64,000 nucleotides of DNA, taken from positions 21,107 through 85,106 of the forward strand of contig JAUCBJ010007504.1 in NCBI GenBank assembly GCA_032718475.1. The letters run 5' to 3'. Both the position numbers and the translations under genes were made by a program. Position 1 is the first letter of the stretch, and every line of letters starts with the position of its first letter. A model generated the notes under the pieces. The model searched no databases and had not been told where the DNA came from. It was given only the letters and a program-made list of their open reading frames with translations. Origin of the DNA: Nemertoderma westbladi (taxonomy: Eukaryota > Animalia > Xenacoelomorpha). Below are positions 25,001 through 35,842 of this stretch, piece by piece.

Positions 25001-26741
25001 CTTGATCATTAGGGACAGAGGTATTGGTAACATGTATAGGTAAGTTACACTGGCAAAAGGCAGCTGCATTGGCAAAAAGTGGCGGTGGGTTCGGAAAATG
25101 TTTAGAAACTATATCTAATGCCTTACAAACAGATAGTGATAAATATAAACGCGGAATGCCGTCACATATTTTCACACTTTCTATTACAGACCGACCACTA
25201 ATTTTGAGACAGACCTTTATCTGGCCCAATTGTTTAATAACTTTGCCATTTATACTGACTAACCGTTCTATAGACGGTTTCTGGAGGTCTGTTTCGTTTA
25301 AATTTAATGACCTCAAGAATGTCATGTTTGCAACTGTGCGTTGGGACCCGGTATCAGGTACTGCCTGACTATAACCAAATAATTTATCCGTTTCGGGATG
25401 GCATATCCCTACGGAAATGAGTGGCGGGTCCTCGAAATCGACCGTCGCTACTCGAACAGCTGCTTGTTCTACAGCTCCTAGGGATTTATTACGACATACG
25501 TTAGCGAAATGGTTAAGTTTATGGCACGCGCTACACTTTTCCCCTTTCGCTGGACACCTTTTAAAGTTAGTGTGACTATATCCACATTTGGTACAAGGTT
25601 TCTTATCCTGATTTCCGGAATTCCGTTCCGGGGATGGAGACCGGTTTCTCCCGGAGCTCGTAGATCTTCCGGAAAAATATTTATTTTTCCGATATTGATT
25701 CGAAGAGGATCCTGACTTTGAAGTCGCTCCCGCCAAACTAGTGTTCTTGTAAGGACCGTGGGCTAGGACTTTCTTAACTTTGTCCTTGTGTATTCGCGCC
25801 GCTTCTTCGGTCCGACAAAATTTAATAGTCGCCTCATGGTTTAAAGGCGGTGATTTCGCCAGGAGATCCTGTCTGATTTCGTCGTTTTGAATTCCAACGG
25901 TGATCAATGTCGACATCCATTCGTCGTCTCCCATCTCTTGTAACGCTGCAGTGTTGGCCAATTCGCTCAAACGAGTATAAAAGTCGTCGAACTTTTCCAT
26001 CTCGTGTTGTCGGCACAACGTAAGTTCTAATCTGTCGAGGGCTATATTCTGTTTTTCGCGCAGATATATTTCCAAGTTGTTTAGGACTTCATCAAGGGAT
26101 AGGGATGTGGTTTGGGGAATCCGTACGACATATTCAAGTTTCGATAAGAATGCCGGCGAACAGTATCCGAAAAATGCAGATACCTGCTCGTCTCTCGGCT
26201 GTCGGGATAGTTGAACAACTTTCGCGTAGTTATTCCAGGTCTTTCTCCATCTCTGGAACATCGTTATATCGACATCTTCTTCGAGATTGGGAGGTCGGTT
26301 TACGGGTGCTCGAGGTGCATTGTCCGTTTTACTTGGTGCTGGTGGGAATCCTCCGGTACCGGAAGCAGTCGTCCTACTTCCTTCATTCATAGATCTACAG
26401 TCTTCCTGGTTTTGTGCAATCGCCATCTTGACGTCAGACTTTATTTGTAATAATTCGGTAGTGCATTGGTCATAATGGGTATACTCGTCAGTGAGATCCA
26501 ACTGAGTTTCATCCATCGCCATTAAGGATTCACCAAGATGGTCATATGCAACTTCCAGTTTTAAGAGCTGTTTTTCCAGGTCGTTAACCAACAGAGGGTG
26601 GCGATTTACCGGATCGATGCGGTTTAAATCGCGAATACTTGATATACACAAATTTACGGCCCGAGTGAAACTTCCCTTGAAACCACCGAGTTTCCGCTTT
26701 AGGTGTTTCATCCCCTCGAGGTCCATAATTGAATTCCTCAC
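22065..26741 (-). CDS. gag-pol: Gag-Pol polyprotein (first ATG at 26726): gag, two knuckles, protease, RT, RNase H, integrase
   Basis: CTKCGYSH...CSACHKLNHFANVC; PDTGS; LDAKSGYWQ, IVDDII; VDAA, YAMVELE, TDHSPL; HDSHQG, TDLF, SDGGPQY, SNGHAE. Confidence 0.97.
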   Translation of the reverse strand: MRNSIMDLEGMKHLKRKLGGFKGSFTRAVNLCISSIRDLNRIDPVNRHPLLVNDLEKQLLKLEVAYDHLGESLMAMDETQLDLTDEYTHYDQCTTELLQIKSDVKMAIAQNQEDCRSMNEGSRTTASGTGGFPPAPSKTDNAPRAPVNRPPNLEEDVDITMFQRWRKTWNNYAKVVQLSRQPRDEQVSAFFGYCSPAFLSKLEYVVRIPQTTSLSLDEVLNNLEIYLREKQNIALDRLELTLCRQHEMEKFDDFYTRLSELANTAALQEMGDDEWMSTLITVGIQNDEIRQDLLAKSPPLNHEATIKFCRTEEAARIHKDKVKKVLAHGPYKNTSLAGATSKSGSSSNQYRKNKYFSGRSTSSGRNRSPSPERNSGNQDKKPCTKCGYSHTNFKRCPAKGEKCSACHKLNHFANVCRNKSLGAVEQAAVRVATVDFEDPPLISVGICHPETDKLFGYSQAVPDTGSQRTVANMTFLRSLNLNETDLQKPSIERLVSINGKVIKQLGQIKVCLKISGRSVIESVKICDGIPRLYLSLSVCKALDIVSKHFPNPPPLFANAAAFCQCNLPIHVTNTSVPNDQVGSNINQKKEIIRSLDDVKLNVSETFKHDAREKWINQLPISPNKCEIERVHNKLSDIYSDVFFNNTELKQMSGTDVGKPMTIYLKKDAIPYAVHGARPIPFAQRDQVKAEIDNLIKWNIIKPAGDKPTEWCHPMVIANKPDGGIRICVDLSNLNRQVERVVYPTKTPNDCVSSIPPGCNWFTKLDAKSGYWQMPLAIESQKLTCFITPWGRYMYVRAPMGFISTGDIYSLRGDTALEGLDNIQKIVDDIIIYNVNFQDHVRNVCNVLERCMKYNITINQKKFKFAQSEMNFAGYIVSQEGIKADPVKVKGISQFPTPTNRTELRSFMGLVQQLGHFSAEISLIASPLRDILKTKNQFLWTPNHQKAFDNMKIALSSTPILSNFDPKAEIVLEVDAARKGGLGYALLQKQDECFKLIQCGSRFLSDAESRYAMVELESLAILWATQKCRIYLTGLALYTVITDHSPLVSIYNKQTLDTIDNVRLLNHKMKLSSYNFVVKWRKGSDNKIPDALSRAPVDDPETEINTTTGYMTANIILNAVTIMIAGTNSGETHHFPDPVIEDIKVAAKLDYNYQLLIKSIETGFEGPHANCQFVKMFDKLKNDLTTDNGLVLFGRRLVIPFDLRKNVINRLHDSHQGIERTKMRARQCVYWPGITNDLTMAVQSCDKCQLRLPSNPKEPLISDPMPTRVFESVSTDLFSLGTHTYLVYVDRYSGFPFISHWNYTPTSQQVLKEIKGYFVQTGVPVRLRSDGGPQYSSKIFSDFLKTWGVEWIPSSPTYAQSNGHAEVNVRILKNLVAKTDGGNLHTDSFLHGLLELRNTPHIDGRSPAIILYGHPLRSRVPAHYSTFSANWLTMAADTDFIKANKQKEYYDRSAHTLKPLEPGTHVLIQDPVSKRWTRKGIIFERGKMSRDYHVKLPSGKVLWRNRRFLRPYPSSSDSIETRDETPTETPKSALRRGTRTRTKTVRFQSDKDQSILMGG

Positions 26742-26858
26742 AGTTGTTCCTTCCCTATTGCAGTAGGGGCCTATTGGATTTACTGTTTGGTCGGTTATCG
26801 TTTCTGGTGGGTTTGTAGGTATCGGTACCGGTATGTTATCCCGGAACGACCGAACTGC

Positions 26859-26877
26859 TATCCTACTCGCAGCGCCA
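26859..26877 (-). promoter_or_regulatory. Primer binding site, tRNA-Ser-like
   Basis: TGGCGCTGCGAGTAGGATA directly after the 5' LTR; tRNA identity from memory of tRNA-Ser 3' ends. Confidence 0.75.
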
Positions 26878-27104
26878 TGAAATGATTGTCTGGTTTAAGA
26901 TCTTGCATATCGGTATTATATTTGAACTCAGTTCATAAGATATATAAGAGTACATATACTACTGTACTGCCGAAGCACTACTGCACTCAAATACCCCAAC
27001 ACCAGTATCTCGCTATGCCCTAAGCCTAATACAGTCCTAGGCCCAACCTCAAGGGGCGAGCCATCTGAATTGGTGAGTCTCCTCCTTATCACCTAATTCC
27101 ATCA
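26878..27104 (-). repeat. 5' LTR of Gypsy element
   Basis: Matches 21841-22067. Confidence 0.97.
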
Positions 27105-27272
27105 CCTTCTAGAACAAGCACAGCACAATACAAACAAAAAACCACTTACTGTGTTTCACCTTAACTGTCGCAGTCTCAATAAAAATATACAGGAAACTTC
27201 AGACTATCTGGATTTATTAAATAAAAAGTTCGATATACTTACATTCTCTGAAACCTTTCTTACAGATAATAC
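27105..27272 (+). pseudogene. LINE ORF2 APE endonuclease N-terminus, truncated
   Basis: LTVFHLNCRSLNKN...FDILTFSETFL; similarity ends after about 27272. Confidence 0.85.
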
Positions 27273-28404
27273 ACGTTGTGGGGTCTTCGAGCAGCACGTG
27301 TTCAAATGTTCAATGACTGCGCAGCGACTAATTAACAAATTTATGAGGGATTCATTGACCAGCTACCGACAGACCAATATTGTGACATATATTTTAGTTT
27401 AATGTTTGATTCAATTAGAGGCACAAATTAAAAAGGCTACAAATATATAGGGTTGAATAATTAAATTAGTCACCCATTAAAAGGTAGGCAAATATAAGTT
27501 GCAATCTATATAAATTTTTAAATTCAGTAGTGTGCGTGTGTTGTGTATTGATTCCGTAGATTTCATGTTGAAATAGCGTTCATTAACTTAATTTCTATTT
27601 AATTATTCAGGCATACTAATACCCACTTTAAATTAGTTCGTGTGTGTTAAGTGTGTAAGAATTGATTGTTTTGGCACGAACCCATTAGGGCACAGAAACT
27701 GACGGATTCTTCGCGAATTTCGCAAACGTCGCAAACTTCGGTAATTTTTTCTACAATTTTGACTCCTTAAGCAAAAGTGTCCCGAATGAGTTTTTTAACT
27801 TTTATTTTTTTGTGATTTTGAGTGCTTTTTTATATTAGTGAATGTTCTAGAACCTTAGTAGATTTTTTATGGTATATAGCTAGTATTTTTTACTAGCTAG
27901 TAATTTTTGGAAATTATTTTGGTCATTAATATATTCTTCAACAGTTTAACCTGAAATATCATGGACTTTCACATTTTTTATAATTTCTAAAAATACTAGC
28001 TAGCAAAAAACACTACCGGTAGCTATCAATAAGAACATCTATATATAGAACATCTTCACCAATAACAAAAAAATTTAAAAACTCTAAAAAAGGATTGGTG
28101 AATAATCGCTGGGGTGTCGACAGGGCGAAGTAGGGACCGTGTTGCTTAACCCCTTAGAGCCTATGACGTCCACTGCACGTCACCATGGACAACACTAAGA
28201 CATGCAGTGGACGTCATGCTGCAATATGCTGCAATACATGTTTCATTGGAAGGCTCTTGGTCTAGGTATACTGGTGGATAGTATTAAAGACATTTAGTGC
28301 TCTTCATGGCAAAAAATCCATTCTGTACTGTAGATAGGCTGTATTGTAGACTGTAGTATTAGTGTTAGGTATATGGCGTAATGCCAACCACAGTACAGTA
28401 GTAC

Positions 28405-28950
28405 AGACTGACAGTAAGACCGACAGACAGACAGACTAGATTTATGTAAACGTGTAAACTGACATCAGAAATGAAATCAGCAACCCTTAACACCCCCATA
28501 GCGGGAATGTTGGTTAGTTAGTATACTTTCTTAAGTTTTGACAGACTGACTGACAGAAAGACCGACAGACCAACAGCCAGACAGACTAGATTTATTAAAC
28601 GTGAAAACTGACATCTGAAATGAAATCAGCACCCATTAAAACCCCCATAACGAGAATGTTAGTTAGTTTGTATTCTTTTTAAAGTTTTGACAGACTGACT
28701 GACTGACAGAAAGACCGACAGTCCGACAAACTAGATTAATGTAAACCTGAAAACTGACATCAGAAATGAAATCAGCACCCCTTAAAACCCCCATAGCGAG
28801 AATGTTAGTTAATTTGAATTGTTTTTTATGTTTTGACAGACTGACTAACAGAATGACCGACAGACAGACAGACTAGATTTATGTAAACGTGAAAACTGAC
28901 ATCAGAAATGTAATCAGCACCCCTTAAAACCCCCACAGCGAGAATGTTAG
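28405..28950 (+). repeat. ~145-150 bp tandem repeat x4 with GACA/GACT microsatellite cores
   Basis: Repeated AAACTGACATCAGAAATGAAATCAGCACCCCTTAAAACCCCCATAGCGAGAATGTT. Confidence 0.85.
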
Positions 28951-30648
28951 CGACACGTTTTAATTATTAACCATATTTCGTAAGATATATTTCATCATCA
29001 TAGCGCCCCATTTGGTGATCTCCAGTGAATGTTTGGATTTGACCTGACCAAAATTGGTTTACTACGGAAGATCCGCAGTGGGCACACCTAAGCGGGTGTG
29101 GGCCACTCGGAATCCGACGACGCGGCGCACATATTGACATTTGGCGTATGTACATTTCTTACAGTAGGGAGCCACTGGGTTAAGAGTTTTTACGGTATAC
29201 TTAATATGAACAAAAAGAAGAAAGTGTTGGCGATGTATCTGAAAAATAAATAAATAAACGTTGCTCTTTGTATCTCAAGTTGATTTGGATTAGGACAATG
29301 TGATACTTTTAACTCCTGCAATAATTCAGGTGGTTTGATGAGACTGCTTAGGGGTGGGGTGGGGTGTGGGGGGGGGGGGGGGGGGGGGTAACTGAGAAAA
29401 TGTGACAAAGAAATGGAAAGAAAGGCAATGTTATAGTAAATGGATTTGGGTTATGTAATACTCTGTAGCAGCTGCTGGCTCCGAGGTAACTAATTTTGTA
29501 TAGCCTGGGACTGACTGTCGCTGGGTAGTATATTATTGAAGACATAAGTACACGTTCGTGGGGCCTTCGCGCAGCACGAGGCCCAGTTATGAGATACAAA
29601 TTAAAATTGAGCGACTGTATCACAAAATCAGGTTTTGAGAAATTTACCCACACCACCAATCAATCAAAGAAAGGGGGACAGTACGTGTTCACCCCTTTTA
29701 ATCCCCCCCCCCCCCCCCACCCTTCCCAACCACCAATACATAACCGCGACATCTACCACCCACGGAAGGGTAGCACGAACTTATTTCCAATCGCACGTTC
29801 AATATGCAAAGCCAGGTGGTTTATAGGAATATAATAAACGCAGTACTCGTATTCATTATAAGCCTCGTTGCGTTCGTCCTGTTTTGTATTTAAATATATT
29901 TCTTAAACGCAGGCTAGGACGTTCTTTATAATAATAATAACTAGGGATGCGATCAATATGTGAAGCCAGGTGGTTTATATAATAATTTAGTCAACGCAGT
30001 ACTCGTCTTCATTATATGCCTCGTTGCGCTCGTCGCTTGTCCTGTTTTGTTATAAAATATTTTTCCTAAACGCAGACTGACGATCTTTATACAGTTATAA
30101 CTATGCGAAGTTTCGAAACTGTGCGAGTAACTGTTGATACATCTATGTGGATATGTGTGATATGTGGAGATGTGTGATACAACGCCAACGCATCTTATGC
30201 CGATGTAGTAATATGGGTATTGAAATAATATTAAATTAATGTACACTCTTAAAGCTGCAGCGAAAAAATGTAGCTAATTTCCTAGGTTACATATAAAATA
30301 ATAATATTATTTTTAAGAACATTAATTTTACTACTTTGCAAAAATTCAATTAAAAAATAACCAGACATATACATTGTGGAATAAACTATTTCAGAAGCCT
30401 ACACAACAACCATGCCATGGATAGTATTTATGTTATGATATCTGTCATTCACCTGAGATAGCAATACAACATTTATAGTGAATTTAAAGAATGCTGTCTG
30501 GGCTGGAATAGCAATACTGGTTGTCTATTACTATTCCTCTCTGGTTAGTCTTAGCAACAACTCCCAGCCAGCAGCAGAGACTTGACCAATAATCATTCCC
30601 AGCAACTGGGAATGACACACACATCCCATCTATGTACCAGCATGTTGG

Positions 30649-31118
30649 CCAATAAATGAGCAGTATTTAATGAGAATAAATTTTTTTTGCCGTTTTAATT
30701 ACTTTAGATCAATTAAAGACAAAATTATTAAAGCAAATCACTTGAACTAATTAAAAACTATAATAGAATGGCGTATGGGGATTACATCTGTATAATTTTT
30801 AATTATAATTATTTAAATCTTATACTGTAAAACAATTAATTTCCTTTAAAAGGCAGGTTGAAAATGGTGTTTTTACCGTAATAACTTAATTAACTAATTA
30901 ACTGCTATTATCTTAGCTTCTCGAAGGCCACACTGAAATTCTACTTGGAAAATTTCTAAACTTTTGCCAAACAACATGTGTACCAAGTTTGGATAGATTT
31001 CATCAAAGATTGGCCGAGTTATTAACGTTTAAAATTGAACACGACAGAACGACAGAACGACAGGTTGATTAATGGTACCACTACGCTAAGGCTCACTCAC
31101 TTCGTGGCTCGCCCCACA
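30649..31118 (+). repeat. Dispersed ~470-bp repeat, DINE/Helentron-like non-autonomous element, copy 1
   Basis: Near-identical to 55006-55490; ends in (ACGACAGA)n then GCTAAGGCTCACTCACTTCGTGGCTCGCCCCA. Confidence 0.75.
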
Positions 31119-31356
31119 GTTTTATTTTTGCTTGTAATCAGCTGTTATCTGCGTCGATTTTCCCCTGGAGAGAATAAAATAAAATAAATTTTCTTCGGGC
31201 GTTATTTCCAGTGCGGTCCCCCCCTCCCCACAACTACAGTATACCCCAAAGGAAGCTCCAGTATTCATTTAGCTACCACTAAAGGATGCAATGCAGAGAG
31301 ATATGCGCACTGGCAATTCCCTTCGTAGCTTTCGGGCCAAAACGAAAAAAACTGCC

Positions 31357-31430
31357 CTGGACCGTTGCGAGGATCGAACCCACAACCTCCGAGAAATGTG
31401 AATTCAATGAAACCACTACACCAAGGTGGG
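31357..31430 (-). repeat. tRNA-derived SINE-head-like sequence
   Basis: Minus strand TGGTGTAGTGG (A box) and GGTTCGATCC (B box) with tRNA-like spacing; no full cloverleaf. Confidence 0.5.
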
Positions 31431-31571
31431 ACCCCAGAGGGTTAAGATTGGATTGCAACACAGGCGCCCCCCCCCCCCCCCCATATCTGAGAAAATTCTC
31501 CCCTTTCTTTATTCGTCTAAAAAAATGAATACATCGAAGTCTATATTTACAAAGTCATATCATAATATCAT

Positions 31572-33820
31572 CAGTGCCGGATTAAGCCTCAGATGGCCCT
31601 AAGGCACATTTTAGTAATTTCCAAAAATGGCCCGAAAATTGATATTTTTCCGCAAACCCTTTCAAAAGAAAAAGCTGCTAAAAACAACTGAAATTGTGAA
31701 AATGTTGCGAAGGAAATATAAAGTTTTTTCGTCGGATTACTGCGTGCAAATTTAACATTACTAAACGGCATATTATGCCTATAAAACCTTTGCTATAAAA
31801 TGTGTAATGGTTTTGGTAGAACTTCTGAAGCTTTAATTTTTAATATATTAATGGGGGACCATTACCCCAAATCTATTTGTTTTATTTATAAAGCTACTAT
31901 TCTAAAACTTTAATACAATTATCTGTGATCTTATATATACTATTAAATAGCTAGCTTCATAAACTCTTTGTTCGAAAAATATGGCACTTTTTGAGCAGGT
32001 CGGTTTTTTCAAAAATTCTATAAATTTGTGGCATTTCTATGTAAATTATCTCATGTTTAAGGATCTGTAATATCCTTGCAGGACATTGCTTTCGCCGTGA
32101 GGACCAGCCAGTGCATAATCTTGTACTTTGGCAGCCTCATGGAGTGAATTAGCATGGTGGACAGCCCATGACTTTCTAGAGACGCATCTTAAAGGACACT
32201 GGCCTTGAAGATGCGGATGATCTAGCAAATGTCATGGGTGATAGGTAGTTGTGGCGGGGCAATTTTGTTGACAAGCCGGCACAGCATTCTTAAAATGCAG
32301 CTGCAATGCAGCATGCCGATCCTAGTAGTAGTAGTAGTAATACCCTGCATTTAAGTTCTTGGTCCAAGACTTTGGTAAAATGGACCTAAAAATGTAGGCT
32401 TTCTTCTATGATGATTTTAGCACAAAATTATTGTTTTTGAAAAATTTAGGGGGGTTTTAGTATTTCCGGGCTATATTTTGTGATAGACAAAGTGTAACAG
32501 TTACAAAATCGGTTCTAGAAGATCCAAATGGCCATGTTTTACAAAACCAACGATAGTAGTACTAAAGCTGCGGAACATTTTGGTATATGTTTGATGGAAA
32601 TTGAGTAAAAAATAAAATAGTAGTAGGGAATTTAGTGATGAATAAAGTCAAAATTGACAAACTGAGAAAAAGGTTGTTTTATACAGAGAGTCATAAATAT
32701 CAGCAATTTATTTATGTTGTTGAAAAGAGCAGTTTTGAGGTCAAAAAATAATTCACTGTTGAAAACCAATATCACCTTATGAAAGAAAGCCATTCTATCA
32801 AACTACAAAAAATTGTGTAAATTTTCGAAAATTTCATTTCTGTGGGGGTTATAGTTGGCCCCCTTAAGGCTGACTGGCCCCTGTCAGCCTGTAGGCATTT
32901 AGTAATTTTGATCGGATCTTGGGAATGTGTTATTTATTTGCTGTAGGTTTCGCAGGGTACTTATCTTTACAGGACTTGCTGAGAAATATAGCACACCAAA
33001 AGTGTGGGCTTAGTGCAAAGATCTAATATTTCTGATCTATATTTGGACTTGCTGAGAAAGTAATGTTCTTCGATAAGAGAACAGTCTCGCAAATAAGCAC
33101 TTTCTGTCGCTAATTTTAATTTACCCAAATTCAATTGTGCTGCCCAAAAGTTTTATGTTTTGCAGGTATTGCACCTAAAATGCCATCGAATGCAAAATTC
33201 AAAACACGAGGGCAGAACATCTGAATTTCGGTTAAATTAAATTACAGTAGTGACAAGAAATTATTTCTGAAATTATTTCTTTTTTTTTATCAACAACTAT
33301 TTTATCTACAATTAATTTATCCTTTTTTTTTTTATCTATTAGGGCCTATATTTATAAAACTCGTTTCCGGAAAAAAAATTAATTTCGCACTACCATATCT
33401 CCACGCCATACATTTACTATGAACAGTATTTCCAGTATGTCATTATTTGGTTGTTCTTAAGTTTAAGAGCATAACTACAAATAATTCCCCACAAATAGAA
33501 ACAAATTAAATTCTCCATTGTTCATAATTAGCACTTTAAAGTTTTACTGCCCATGTTTTATTATTTCCCTGCCATCAGATCTCGAACTAATAACACAGCA
33601 CCTGTCGGTCGACTGAGCTAGAATTTTGCACTTTCTATCACAAATAATTTAGGGATAGAAAGTAGTCGAAAGATGCACTTTGTTGCTCTGTTTCCGGACT
33701 TTTCAGATAAAAATATTTTTTTCATAGGATCACAGGAATGACTCGCAAAAAAAAATGGCCCGGATTTTCGGCTGGCCCTAAGGCACGTGCCTTATATGCC
33801 TTAAGGTTAATCCGGCACTG
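31572..33820. mobile_element. Non-autonomous hAT DNA transposon
   Basis: TIR CAGTGCCGGATTAA...TTAATCCGGCACTG; perfect 8-bp TSD AATATCAT; subterminal GGCCCTAAGGCAC at both ends. Confidence 0.93.
32100..32340 (+). mobile_element. 5'-truncated RTE-like LINE 3' end
   Basis: Decayed KDTGLEDADDLANVMGDR*LWR peptide like RTE C-termini, followed by a (TAG)n tail. Confidence 0.55.
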
Positions 33821-35842
33821 AATATCATATATAAAATTTAACAAAAACCAACAAAAATTAGCAAGAATATCATAACATCATTAATTTAGTATTTTTTCGA
33901 TAGAAATATGTAAACAAATAATTTTTTAATTAAAGATACCACACACCCATGCGGTAAACATTATTAGTAAAGTAATAAATAAATAAGATTATTCACTAAA
34001 AACAATTATAGTGTTAAGTTGGATAATCCAAACGATAAGAGTTGGACATCGAGGACATTTTAGGGCGTGGTAAAGGGACTGGGTAAACAAATACCAATTT
34101 GTATTATTTCATGTATTGCCTAATCGCTCAGATGCAAAATTTGCACTGGAATTTAAAAGCAAAGTTTTTTGTACCAAACACATTTATTTTATGTATTTGT
34201 AATTATTATAAATTAATTTCGCACAACAAAATCGCCAGGGTGACATATTTTCCAATTCCAGTCCTTTTCCTTAATGTCCAGTATATTCATAATATGTTAA
34301 GGATAGAAAGTCTTCCCCAGCAATAAAAACGTTTTGTATTATTATTATTCGCGAGGCCTCCAGTATATTCAGTATGTCACCGCGTCATTCTAAATATAAC
34401 CACATGATGACGTCATTTGAATATACAAGCATGTATTATTCATAATATGTACCTAATACTTACAAAATAATAAAATGGCTAAGATTCGAAATGACTGACT
34501 GCTCTTACATTCATAACTCAACATATCTACCAAGCTAATATGGCGCGAGATTATAACTATTTATTTTACAAATAGAAAATACAATTTTTTTGTCTGACTT
34601 TAAAATCCGTAGATTGCAAAGAGGAAAACAACTACTTTCTTATGGTAAAAGATGCTGTTTTCTTTAAAATATTCACTTTTGAATTAAAACTTTACAGTAA
34701 CAAAGTTATCTCAAATTTGTATTAAGTAAATTACGCCATGTTATTGGCAGATAAGTATAGAGTACCGGTACACATAAAAATTTAAATTTCAATACGTAAA
34801 ATAGGCGCAGCACAAATTAGAAAAACGCAGAAATCACCACTTGTTCTTTTTCTTTATTTTATCTCAAATTTGAGGTCAATTCTGCACCATGTATTTAAAG
34901 AATACTAGATACTATATACAAGTTATACTTTGTGAATGATGATGATATTCCATAAAGTTAATAAAATAGTCAAACCAAAAATTCGATTAAGCTATCTACC
35001 GGTACTACTGGAGAAAACGATTATACTAGCAAACACTGGATGCTATATTTATGTATAAATTTATTAACGTAATTACTTTATTGATCTAGAATAAATAATG
35101 CGTCTTAATTTGTTAAATTTTGCTCAAAAATACACTAAAATCGGGAGAAAAATTTTCACTTTTTTCCCTAAAGAAAAAATTGAATAAGGATTGCATTGAT
35201 TTTACTTTTTCCCGGTGAAAAAAGTAATATAACATATTTTTGGTGGAATTTCTTAAATTTTATTACATGTGTTTAAAGAGCATGGAAGTAGAAAAGGTTT
35301 GCACGTTAAGTTATTACAGCTTTAGTGTCTGCAAGACGAACTCCAAAACGGAACTCAGTATCCAATGTTGGTTTTATCTAGTTAAGCAGCTCTCTAGTTA
35401 GGTAATAAATATTCGAGAACACTAAATTATTTAACATTGAGTAAGGCAGCATTAGGAGTTGAAAAATACAATAATTTGACTCACAGAAACTATGGCAGCA
35501 ATATAGTATAGTACTATATAGTTCAATTTATTTTGTTCATATATTCATATATCGCTCTATATAAAAGCAATGCTATCCTATGGGTTACTTTTTCGTTAGG
35601 GAAAAAAGTACTCCCCTTTCTCCCAATTTTGGGGTATATTCGAGCGAAAAAGTAACAATTTACGAAGATGCCATGCTTTCCTGTTACAAGTTTATTCTAG
35701 AATATTTAAATATGCAAAACTATTATTGATAACACTCGTGCTGGGTTAGTGGATCTTTAATTCCCACGGAAATCAGCTCAGATAATAATTCAGAGGATGA
35801 TCATAGTTCGAAATAAATAGAGTTATTGAAGACAATACTTTA

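Larger units (their letters stand above)
21841..27104 (-). mobile_element. Intact full-length Ty3/Gypsy (Mag-like) LTR retrotransposon, 5264 bp
   Basis: Two 227-bp LTRs that read identical, 5-bp TSD CCTTC, PBS, PPT, one uninterrupted gag-pol ORF. Confidence 0.97.

Noticed and set aside
28146-29183. piggyBac-like element TTAA-CCC...GGG-TTAA
   Set aside because: Ends match for only about 3 bp beyond TTAA; no convincing TIR.
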